A stretch of DNA of 62,902 bases, the filler included, from Klebsormidium nitens (taxonomy: Eukaryota > Plantae > Klebsormidiophyceae): assembly GCA_000708835.1 (NCBI GenBank). It is 10 parts of 10 records of this genome, joined end to end, with 100 filler letters (N's around TTAATTAATTAA, not from the genome) between each part and the next. Parts side by side here need not be neighbours in the genome. Positions count along the whole stretch, not along the records: positions 1 to 27,864 come from DF237807.1; positions 27,965 to 38,683 come from DF238146.1; 8 more parts are not named here. The stretch is one strand, 5' to 3'. The position numbers and the translations under genes are program-made. The notes below the pieces were generated by a model, which searched no databases, had not been told where the DNA came from, and saw only the letters and a list, made by a program, of their open reading frames with translations. Each line of letters begins with the position of its first letter. Within the stretch, counting starts at the first letter, position 1. Of this stretch, positions 26,729 through 38,090 are shown one piece after another.

Positions 26729-27281
26729 CTTCTATTGCAGCTCAGCTTGGTTTGTCAAACGGTTCATGGAACAACTCTTAGGGCTCACGAGCTGAGCCAA
26801 TGTACATCTAGCCCTGTTTCTGCTTGAACTTAGGACTGGCAGATTGTCCGCAATCAGCTGGTCAGCCTGGAATCATCTGATTCATGAATAACCTTATGGA
26901 ACTTCAGATAGTGCTGCTTTCACAAGAGTCTGCTTGGTCACGCTAAATGCTTGGGATAGGTTGAAGCGTCTGCTTTTCATGCAAGAAGACCTTCGATGCC
27001 AGCGTGCTGACTCGTGACGGGCTCGTACCACAATAAAGAATTAGAAACTCGCAATGCCGACCTCAATCAGTCTCCATCCAGAAACTTAGCAGAAGACCCA
27101 ACACACAGCTGCAAGAGATACCAACGAGTGGACCTTCCAACTTTGGACTGCATCTGAGGTGCCCAACAGCTCAACTTTTCCCCTGTCCTCGCGCCTCTGC
27201 TCGTGCAGGGCAGGTACTAGTAGCTAAGGCAGCAGAAAAGAGTCGACATTGAACAATCTTTTTGAGGACTGTTCAATTTCC

Positions 27282-27293
27282 TTCCCGCCAAAA
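27282..27293. promoter_or_regulatory. E2F-binding site upstream of RIF1
   Basis: TTCCCGCCAAAA (= TTTTGGCGGGAA on minus), matching TTTSSCGS, ~550 bp upstream of the RIF1 ATG. Confidence 0.5.
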
Positions 27294-27687
27294 AAGAGTT
27301 GTACCGCACGGACGGGATACATGTACCGGGCACTTTTGAGCGACCTTAACACGCTCGGTCAGTGACGATTCCAGCGGTTCTCCGGACTAATCAAACAAGC
27401 GGTGAACCGATCAGTCCCCCTGCGGGGGACTGTGGCTTGCCATTGTTGATAGTCCGGTACATACTTTTCAACCCTACCCGGAACTCGGAAAGAACCCGGT
27501 TACTTCCGGTCACATGCAAATGCTCAAATGCAATCCTGAACTTTTTGGGTTTGCCTTACGTTAACCCAGGGTCACGAGGTCAATCACAGGCTGCAAACAA
27601 ACCCGAAATATAACCGCTTCTGAAAACTCGACGAAGCCCGTCATCGCCGGTCGAAGCACGTCAGTACCGACCGGCGTTCCTTATATT

Positions 27688-27747
27688 GCCGAAAAACGCG
27701 GAGCCCGGCCGAAAAACGCGGAGCCCGGCCGAAAACTGCGGAGCCCC
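27688..27747 (+). repeat. 20-bp tandem repeat x3
   Basis: GCCGAAAAACGCGGAGCCCG twice exact, third copy GCCGAAAACTGCGGAGCCCC. Confidence 0.9.
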
Positions 27748-27864
27748 GAGTGTTGCACCTTATCGAACGTTCGACAGTATAAGCCAGTGTCGTAAGAATA
27801 GGTTTCCTCGAGTTCAAAATACTTTGACACATCGGCTATCGAACCAAAAATATTCGACATATCC

Positions 27865-27964
27865 NNNNNNNNNNNNNNNNNNNNNNNNNNNNNNNNNNNN
27901 NNNNNNNNTTAATTAATTAANNNNNNNNNNNNNNNNNNNNNNNNNNNNNNNNNNNNNNNNNNNN
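27865..27964. other. Artificial contig linker (44 N + TTAATTAATTAA + 44 N); same linker at 38684-38783, 41187-41286, 45220-45319, 47935-48034, 50749-50848, 53021-53120, 55049-55148, 61598-61697
   Basis: Identical 100-nt spacer with stop codons in all six frames, repeated nine times. Confidence 0.97.
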
Positions 27965-28313
27965 CAAGGGTACCGTCTGTCGACGGTGACGGCTTGCCTC
28001 ATGAATGAACGTCACGCAATTGCAGAGCTGATGTGCGTGTTGTTCTATTTACTTGGAAGGAAGCGTTTGATGCACGCTCTTGTATGCATTAGGCATGCCA
28101 GAATAACCATTTCGCATCAGTGATCTTTACTTCATGGAGCGGAGAGTAACATTGTAGCGGTTCGATTGATGCTCTTCGAAAGTGAGATTGCATTGTATCA
28201 TTCATTGAAAATGTACAATCGTATGGAACCGTTCTGAGCTGCTCGTGTCACTTTATCTAGAGTCCTGGGGGACTTACGATTCTACCACAAACCTATGTAC
28301 ACTTCCTTTTAGC

Positions 28314-30927
28314 TCACTCGATCTTACATCTCTTATTGAAGAAGCCTATCTGCGGCGGCAGCTCGAGACTGATTATGTTTGCTTGGAACTGACTGAACCG
28401 CGTGTTGGGGTTCTCGCGGATGCGCATATGTATCGCGAAGCTGCGGTTCTTGAGGCGCGTGTTGAGGTTTTCCAGTTGGTCGCTCGGTGGTTTCACACAG
28501 AAGCTCTCGATGTGCGTACCGGTGACGAGGGCGAAATCGCTGGGCCATATTTTTACGGACAGACTGTCCGCTGCAAGCGAAGTCGGTGTAAGCAGAACTT
28601 CTCTTCTGTGTCAGCGAAAAGGCAAGCAGAAGTCTGTGCAGTTATATGTAAAGTGGATGCAGCAGCTGAAGTCGATTGAAGCAATGCTTGACTCAGCGAC
28701 AATCAGGTGCTTGATCAGATTTGTGTCAACCAAGCTTTTCTATTTGACGTGAACGGTAACCTGGTCGATTCAGAAGGGATCGAACGACATACAGGAAACT
28801 AGCGTACAGTTACTTACGTCCGGCGTCGATGCGGATGTCAACCGTAACGGTGACTTCCACGCACGCGTCGTCGAGCGGCCCCGCTTTGCAGCCCTGGTCG
28901 CAGAAGAGTTCCTGCGTGACAGGGTTGCGGCTGGCTGTCCCGTTGCAGTCGTAGCATCCGTACGCGATGGAGTCCACTTTCGTGAAGTTGATGAAGCTCG
29001 CCAGCACGGTCGCCGCCGTCCACCTGCTACCTGCAAGTGTCTGCACCACACGCGACCACGGCAGGATCTTGTCTTCGCTTGAGGTCTTGTACGTAAGCCC
29101 AATTCCGGCTATGCTCGCTGCCGAAGCGCCGCTGGTTGTGATGGTGGTGCTGCAGATTAGAGAGTTGGTCAGAATGAAGAATGGATGATGCTTTTCTCGA
29201 GGATCATGTTTCGAAACAAAGGTTTGTTGTTCCGACGCATATACAGCAGAGAATAAATACGTGTATGGTCACGTGATTATGGCCACGTGGCAGTGTTGAG
29301 TTTGGCTGCGTGCGCAGAAATTGCTCGCTTGTGTTTGTCTTCTTATGAATTTCGATTCGAAATGTCTTTCAAAGAGCAGATCGAACGCCGCGTACACGAC
29401 TTTAACATACTGCTCAGGTCTAATAATCGAATCCCGGCCAAAGTTCGCTGACCGCTCTTGCGTCTCCTGATTTGTTGTTCTTATTTCAGCATTGCGACTG
29501 TCAATTCTGAGAATTCAAGACGCACAAGATTTGAGTCTACAGAATGAAGCGGCACAATTGTTGACTTCACGTAAGTCGGAGCATATATTGCTTACGTTCT
29601 GGTGCTGCTGCAGCCCTGATCCGCGTCGTACTGGACGCCGGTGATGTTGATGACGTCAGCGCGGACTTTCAGCTTCTTGAGCGTCGGGAGGTGGGCCATG
29701 GTCCCCCAAATTGCGATGCTGCCCATGATACCTTGCTTGTCTTTGATGATGATTTTGCGGACGTCGCGGTCACCCTTGGAAGTAGCGGGCGTTGACACGC
29801 GACTCTTGTAGATTAAAAGGCCTTCCAGCTTATGTACCTGCGCAATATGTTTAAACATAAGACTTTGTTTTCTGTTCGACATTTTGCTGACGTCAGCAAA
29901 TCAGCAATTCTTCGGAGAAGTGTATGTGATGCTTTCGGAAAATAGCATTCCAAACTTACTCGAAGCAGATGAACGACGGAAGTCAGTTCTCTTGTTAATG
30001 CATGTAGTTCGTGAAAGTTGTAACGGAGTCACAGCATCGTATACGCAAGTTACAGACTATCTGAAGATTGCAAAGCAACCTGTAGAAGACGCTGGATGTG
30101 GATGTAGTACATGCTCGTTGCTCTTCGAGAAGAACGTGAACTCTGCCGAATTCTTCATTGCTGCCGAATTCTGCGCCGACGTACGGATGCGGAATGACAG
30201 TTAGAACTCACCCCTCCGGGCTGCAGAGAGCCGAAGCTGGCAGGGAGTTCGGCCACTGTGTCGATGTATTCAGCGGACTCGCTGATGAGAGTGCGCCCTT
30301 CTTCGATTTTGAGGGAAGTCGGGTGCTCTGTGAGGGAGAATCTGCAACAGACGAAAGGATTCTGGTAGGATGAGTGACTCAATTTCGGGCATGCAGTCGT
30401 GCATGAGTTAGCAGTAGCAACAGAACGTGTGTTACAGCAGTAGCAACAGAATGTAAAACTTCGTTGCTTTTTGATTCTTCAAACGAATTACAAACAGCCT
30501 TATGGCACTATAAAAAGCGTAGTCCGTTGAAACGGATTCAAAACTGATTCCCTGCAATATGAAACGCTATTTTCTACCGAAGAAAGTGAAATTGGAATAT
30601 CAAAGAAGCCCACCTGCATGAAGTCACGACCGGCCTGTACAAGAGAATGACGCTGCCCTTTGAGCATTGGCTGCTGACGGTTTCCACAAAGCTTCTGTCT
30701 TTGCTAGTGGCTTCCACAGTGATTCTAGCTCCCGACTTGTCTTGCAAAACCGCTTGCGTCGTGCAGAAGTGGCCGTATGGAAGCTCACGCACAGAAGGCT
30801 TGTTGCTCTCGGTGGGGCTGTCTAGCTCCACTACTTTGCCATGCACTTGAAAGAAGCTTGAGTCCACTGGAAATTCTTCTACCTGCTTGATTGAGACCGT
30901 TGGGACATCTGCCTTTTTGGGAGCCAT
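28314..30927 (-). CDS. RPA70-like ssDNA-binding protein (three OB folds, C4 zinc ribbon), Helentron-carried, 5 exons, ~424 aa
   Basis: Exons 30927-30614, 30341-30212, 29837-29596, 29149-28818, 28570-28314 join with GT-AG and consistent phases, no internal stop (1275 nt). OB-like motifs QAVLQDKSG, RKIIIKDKQG..GSIAIWG, and DBD-C-like AATV...YGCYDC...FCDQGC...VDIRIDAG...FAIHMRIRE. RPA70-like cargo is established for some Helitrons. Confidence 0.75.
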
Positions 30928-31653
30928 TGTTCCTACGAGGTGAGAGTCTCGGCATTCGTCCGTTAGAAGCGCTTTGTGTAGCGGAATCAGAGTAAGTCGG
31001 ACAAGGTAACACTGAAGTCAGGGAAAGTGTTCTTCCTGTTTGTTTGAGAACGGCGAATTGTCACATAGAAGTCTTTTAGAGTGCGCTGAAACAGACTGAA
31101 TGCGAAACATCAGATAAACAGGAAGAAGAAGTACCAGAACAGGTGTCGTGTCAAGAAGTCGATTGGAAACCGCGTTTGCTGAGCTGTTCACGTCACGCGC
31201 AAAAGTCAGACGAAGTCCTTAGAAGTCAAAGAAGACTGATAAATGCACGAACGGACCTGACGTGGCGAGTGTGTGGAAGGTGGTAGAAGATAAGACTAAG
31301 TAGAAGCGGTGGGAAGTCACATGTAGAAACAGTCGAATTTCGATGTCGCTTATGAATGCATGCGAAATCATAGAAGCCGATAATTTGCGTGGTTTGCGGA
31401 GATGCTCGCGAAGATGCATATGCAGACCCAGATCAGTCGCGCTTAAGACACCGCTGTAAAAGTACAGAAGCAAAGCGAAGTTGGAATTTCCGGCGATGTG
31501 ACGAACTATGCGTGCCCTCTCGAACGCGCGCGCGCACCGTTCTTCGCGCGCGCACTTTCAACCCAGTGCATCCATCAGGCGCGCGCGCGTCCCCGCGAAC
31601 GTATCTGAATCTGCTTGTCACCCCGAACAAATAGAAGATAAAATACTGACCGT

Positions 31654-34600
31654 TCATTGAGACTCGGACTGCCAATGGAACGCACAGTGCAGTGGACTGT
31701 GGTCGCTCCAGTAGGCTTCTAAATTTCTAGTCGTCCCTGCATTGGCTAAACCGCGCGATGCCCACACGTGATCGATGAGAGAGCCTTGATTTGTGGTCGG
31801 CAATGAGTTCAATAGTTGAATATCGAAAGAGTGCATGATCTGGACGAGCTGGTCAGCTGCTCCGGAAGGTTTAAGCAGGTCTATGTTGAAATCACCTACA
31901 CACACGAAAGGAGGCGAAGCGGTCGGCGCCCTGTGAATCAGGTTAGTAATGAATGTGCGCAAGGTCTCCAAAAAGCGATCGATTAAGAAATCGGATGGCG
32001 ACCTGTACACCGCCATCAAGTAGAAGTCGGGATTCGGGCGACCTCGTACGTGCAGACACAGTACCTGCGAATAGTAATCGGAGAAGGCCGAATGAACAGT
32101 AGCGCTTAGAGCTTGTCCGGACTTTGATATGTATACTACAACATTGTCAAAACCGTCTCGCCTAGACGGGTTGGCTTCTGCACGAAAAACGTCATAGTCA
32201 AGCTGTTCAAGTAATCGAAGATCCCACATCGGTGATGCTCGTGTTTCCGTGCAAACAATAATGTGACTACGTTTGAAGTTTAGATCGGAGAACACGTCTG
32301 ATGCGTGAAGACGCAACGAACGTACATTGTGAACGACGAGGTGTAAGTCTCGATCACTTCCGGAACTGACGGGTACCTGTGGAATGCATGGGATCACACA
32401 TGCGCGTTGCCAAAGACGGGCCATTTCTGTCAGTACTTTAGAGCTGACTGTAATTTCCTCGAAGGCGGGATCTAAGATAAACAGATGATTCAGATCAGGG
32501 AACCGACTTAATCCAACATAATGTCGACCTGCATCGACATGATGTTTCGAGGCACCCCTGAAATCAAGAGAGCCATTTCGAAGCGTCATCCCTTGTGTGT
32601 GATAAAAAGTTCCAGCTGTAGCCGGACGCAACGGAAATTGAGTTCTCAGAATTGTGCTCTCAATTCTCCGCGTAGCTTGAAACGTACGAGAAATCCGAAA
32701 TACTGGAGTCCATGCAGGGTTAATAGCAGGACACAGCTGATACAGATTAGCCCATTGTTCGCGAGTTTGGCGTCCAATTCTGTCTTCTAAGAATTCCACC
32801 CATATTACGTGAGGATCAGAAGCTCCAAGGTCATGAAAGTGCCGAACGTATCCAGTCGCTCCGTTGTACAATCCATCTGGAATATTAGTGTTGCACGTGA
32901 TTTCTATTAAAAGACCTTCTTTCAGCTGAAGAATTGCAAACAACGTTGCTGTTTCCGCATCTGGCATACGCTCAGCCTTATACAGAAAATGTTCGCGATC
33001 TCTTGTCGAAGCGCTGTAAGACAGCGCTTCATCTCTAGCACGAATCGAACATTCAGGTCCACCAGTGAGATGCAGGACCAAGCTGTTGTGTGTGTCTCTC
33101 TTCTTGCGAGTAGCAAATATGTGTTTATCGAAAGGGGAATACGCCGTAGGCAGGTGTAACGGGTCCACAACTCTCGTCTGGAACAACGCTAGATCCATTG
33201 GAGTGTGGCTGCCCGTCCGCAATCGGTTGAGTGCTTCGGCGAATTCAAGGCATTCTTTTTGCCGCATAATTTCAACAAGCTCAAACATTGAAACGTTTTC
33301 TTCCCACAGGTTACTAATTACGACGCCGTTTTTACGAATTCCTTCAAAAACGTAGCCATCCCAAAGTGGTTGAAGTTGAAAAAGGTCGCCACCGAAGATA
33401 ATCGGCAGTCCGCCAAACGGTTCAACGGATTCAAAAATCTCTTGTAAGCGATAGTTGATTATTTGTAGCAACTTGGCACCCGTCATGGACACTTCGTCAA
33501 TGACGCATCCTTTCAAATCTGCATAAGCGTCTCTCAAAGTTGCTTTCTTTTCACCTGTAATCGGAATGTACGATTCTAGCTTCGCATACAACGGAATCTT
33601 AAAGGCAGAGTGAATAGTAACGCCGTCTATGTTGAAGCCTGCACTGCCCGTAAATGCTGCCAACAGCATCTTAAGAGAGGTCGGCTGTAAGCCAACAGCT
33701 CCGCTGAATGTTCGAATTACCAATTGCGTGATGCATCGTATGACTAGACTTTTGCCAGTACCGGCCCCTCCCGTAAGAAATTCCACGAACTTTCGCGTTC
33801 CCGGAAACTTAAGAGAATGCAAAACGTGATCAACGTACGTTCTTTGCGTTGCTGTAAGCGATCGCATTTGTCCACGGAAATCTTCATCAGGTAATACGAG
33901 CTGTGAATGAGGTAATTTTTCTTCTGCAGACGACGTCGCAGAAGGCGCGAAGTCAGGCGACACTGTAAATTCGGCCGGAACGCTTGATCCCGATTCCACA
34001 TTCTGATTTTCAGCTAAATTGGCGTCTAAGGAGTCGCCGAAGATTTCGGCGTCTTCAGCTGCCCTGGCGTCTGCATATCATTCGACCTCTTCCCAAATAA
34101 TATCAGAGTGGTAGTCGTACGCCGCTGCAGCGGCTTCGATAGCTTCTTTTTCGGCTTCGTATCGCGTTTCAAAACTATCATATCCAGAAAGTAGTATGTC
34201 GTCTTCAGCAGCACTCAGAGCCATTAGACTGTTTCCAGCAAAAGACCACGGAAGGAATAGCATAATGCATTCGCGGCAGTATAATTCCGGATCTTCAGCT
34301 CTTTTGAAACTCGCATATCGTATAATTTTAGCTTTCTTACGTTGATGATACACAATAGAACCAGGAACATCGCGCTCGTCGTCTGTATCGACGGTCGCTG
34401 CTTGCATTTCGGGATCCGCTTCAGTCGCGGTATCATCGTTCACTTCTTCTTCGCTGGCTGCACTTTTCTTCGAGGGCTCAAACTAGGCAGCAAAGTCCGC
34501 TAGAGTTAGCTTTTCCGAACCCTGCATGCTTCGATTTTGTAGGCGCATAGCGTACTTGTCGACAACGTTCGAATAGACGCAGTCAGTTGAGTCTTCAGGC

Positions 34601-37600
34601 AGAAGGCGTAAAGCGCTATCAGTTTTGACCAACAGAGTTCGATTCTCGGGAATATTTGTCGGAATGAATACATGTTCCCGAGAGCTATGCCTGTACGGAA
34701 GACCCAAGCATCCGTACACTGCTTCCTGAGCTGATATTTCTTGCCCTTTTAAAAGCGCCATACCAACATACCTTATACTTCGACGGAGTTCCATGTTTCC
34801 CCGTCGAGCGTCCGCATATGCTTGATCCAAAAGTTTACTAAGACGGTAGTCTGTTTTCATCATATACGAACTGATATAGTTTGCCGCGGCGTACGCTTCC
34901 AGGACTCAAATTGTATATCCATGTTGAAACCGCCCAGCAACTTGAAGAGTTTTGGATTATAGTTGTTTATGTAAATCTCCGAAGGAGACCTCTTCAGAAA
35001 TACCGACGGTTTCACAAGTTTGTACCGTAGTCCAAGTACATATTCAGCAGGTGTCAAAGATAAGCGAGCGTAGAAGTCAGAACAAGACAGAAGCTCCAGA
35101 TCCGACTCGTTCAATTCCAATTCCCTCAAACCGTCCGATATTTTTCTTGAATACTGCGCGCATTCCTGCTTTCTGAAGTTCGAAATGCTTTCTGGTAGTG
35201 GGTGAAGTATCATCGTCTCGTGCAAAGGCGGCCGCGGGAATTCGAAACGACAAACAGGGTTACTGCCAGGAGTGCGGCGTTTCAAGCAGTAATTGCGGCT
35301 ATGTTTGTGGTACTGGCCAGTTAGATCTGACGGTGATGCTCGAGAAGACGAGCACGTGACGTGCTCATTTATGAAAGCTACGACTGTAGCATCATCGTCA
35401 ATACCGAATTTAGGAGCGTCTGCCACGTAAAAAGCGGCATGTGTGTGCGGCGTACCCCGTTGCTGGAATTCATCACGCCAAAAGAAGTCCGTAATTTGTC
35501 CTATCAAAGACGAGTATTTCTGAATAATTTGAATCAAGTGATCTCTGCGGTTACTGCAGCAACGGGCTACCGTAACCGGATCGTTTCTGATCAACAGCGC
35601 TTTCTCTAACCAAGGTAGTTGCAGAGCAGCAGCCACAGATATCGAATTCCCAGATGCCAATGTATGTAGGGTACGTAGCAAACCTCCCCATCGAGTTTCA
35701 GATACAGAAAACGTTGCAAATATCTGGAACGGGCCCAATTGTCTAATCATTGCAAACGCTTCTTTCTTTCCTTGCCGATTGTACTCAGGACTTCCGCGTA
35801 AAGTCTTAAAATCACGATATCCTATATTCTGGGACATCATAAAAGACTGAGCAGCTGGATTCCGCAGCTCACCAGCAGTAGGATATATGTTATTTGGTAA
35901 TTTCTTCTTCCGCAGTCGCACCCAAGATGCTCCTGATACAAAACGTGCCTGCAATTTGCGTAGTTTGAAGAATATATTGCTGGAATGACGTGCAAATCGT
36001 CTGTCTTCGTTCGTGAGCTCAAACTTGCATATTTTACTGTAACTTTGGCTGCTCGTAGGTCTGGCATAACCATTGAAAAGGCAGGGAAAGGCTTTTTCCT
36101 CAGCATACGGATCTTGTAGCATACCTACAGGTGTTTGACCTTCGCTTGGTGCCACACTGACGCCGAGTGAATTAGCACCGACGTAAGAAGGCACATCTTG
36201 TAACATAGTATCCTCTGGTGGCAGTTGACCGTTTTCTTCGTCCTCTGACTCTGAATCAGACGACGAAGAAACAGCTGGTTGTTCACTTTCAAAAAGATCA
36301 CTTTCAAGACCAAGTGGGTTCGCAACCAACGGAGAATCAGAGAAGTCTGTTCGAACAGACGCGTCAATACTCGCGAGCCAGTCAGAACGAATTTCCACAT
36401 TCGCCTCACTCCATAGAGTCGGCTGTTTCACCAAGAAAAATAACGCATCACGAATTTTTGACGGGCGAACATTCTCTGCTGCCCGGTAACAAGCTTTAGT
36501 TTTCTGCTTATATTTTATTGCCACAGGTATTGTGCCTTCCGAATCTACAAGTCTCGGAAGAGCGAGCTGAATTCTGTTCAGATCAACAACAACATTGACG
36601 ACCATTCCTTTCAAAGCTAATTGGCCAAATTTACAAGGACCACCTGCCGCCAACGGCGGCAGACCGCGCAATTTCATAAATGCTAAACGCATAGCAATCA
36701 GATCGTTCTCCATACTTGTCAAGCCCTGCAGCGCAGGGTCGAGAACCGCAAAATCCGGCTGCTTAGGTGGCGCACCAGGCGGACACCTTCGTTTTGCAGC
36801 ATACTTGTAGCACGTTGAGCAAATCCACTCTTCATTATCAACAGACTTACGTCCAGTAAACCAAGCAGACACTTCAGCAGAAGTAAGCCGCTCTCTCAGT
36901 TTATCACTCACCACTCGCATGCTCCGTGAAAACCAAGTACGACGACAGCACGTGCAAACATACACAGGTCCCTCATCACTCGCTTGACGAAATTCACGAA
37001 CAATGTCGTCGAAAGGTTCTGAGATGCTGTCATCTACCGAACAACTATTGTCCGGCATCATTTCCGAGATAATGCGTTGTAAGCGTTTCTCCACCTCAAA
37101 ACGCAACTCTAAGCGTTCAGATACAGGGAAATTAAGATTGTGATGCCCAGGTGCTCGTCTTGCAACAAAATCGTACACTGAAGCAGCTTCTGTTTCAGTT
37201 TCATATTGGCCAAGCTGGTGAATGCAATTTCCTATTGATATCCGAGCACGATATTTCGTGTAACCAAAACATTGGTTTTCAATAACTCCAGAAGGGAGCT
37301 TACGGTTTGAAAGGACAGCAGGCTCATCAACCTGAGGTCTTCTCTGACGTCGTATCATCTTACCTCTAATCGACGTCAAACATTGTTCAGCGTACGCCCG
37401 CTCCGCTACATCCATGCCCACCCCGTCAGGAAAGTTGAGCGGTCTCGGAGTCGCGCCTTCCGCCACAAGAGCCCCGACCACGTAGTCATAAGCCTTCGCA
37501 GCCCGCTCTTCAGAGTCGAATTCGCCGTAATGGTACTGCTTGCTGCCAAAAGCGCACCTGATCTCAAACGGATGCTGCAAGCGCTTTGTTCTAGCGATAC

Positions 37601-38090
37601 CCCGATACCGTCCTGAATGCTCAGAGAATTTGTGCTTGCAATTCCCACAGACTTGTGCTTGATTGAACGATCTCTGCGTGCAAGATGGGCACTCCTTCAA
37701 ACGCTTCTTTCCGCTACCTCCGCAAGCTCGACAACTAACAGCATCTACAAGAACCTTATTTGTACAGTGCATTTTCCAGGGGCACAGAATCATAGCCAGC
37801 TTTCCCGACATCTGGTCCCCAGAGAATGCATTTCCGTAAGCTTCTTCATCTGTACAACTTTCTACAATCACCACGTATGTCATCTCACACGCCTGTACAC
37901 CACGTATTACAGTTCGCTCTAGAGAAGGCGGCGTCGTTACTTCAAGAGAGAACCCGGCTTCTTCCCCTTCCCAACTAACGATTCTGCCTGCACAAGCTGG
38001 AAAGCGCCCATCAAGCGAAGCTGCGCAAACACTATCGTCTAACAAGACTTGCGGCCCATACCTATCAACATCATCAGCAGGCGAAGCCAT
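31654..38090 (-). pseudogene. Helentron Rep-helicase-endonuclease polyprotein (Zn ribbon, 2x AP2, Zn finger/DUF6570-like, HUH Rep, PIF1 helicase, APE-type endonuclease), disrupted
   Basis: ORFs 38168-34860, 34863-34483, 34443-34078 and 33999-31654 are one reading frame broken by a frameshift near 34905 (NMDIQF then VLEAYAAANYISSYMMK in the shifted frame), TAG at 34483-34485 and TGA at 34078-34080. Motifs: WRDEFQQRGTPHTHA (HUH), YINNYNP...NMDIQF, Y..Y...Y..K, GGAGTGKS (Walker A), IDEVSM, GGDLFQLQP, QFPLRPATAGTFYHTQG, HNVRSL...TETR...GDFNID...IDH...SDH (EEP/APE). Probable start ATG at 38090. Confidence 0.9.

Noticed and set aside
27909-27920. TTAATTAATTAA repeated nine times between N runs
   Set aside because: Artificial six-frame-stop linker, not a biological repeat or CRISPR array.
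31520-31600. CGCGCG-rich self-complementary tracts between the endonuclease stop and the RPA gene
   Set aside because: Low-complexity CG runs; no defined terminal structure supportable.
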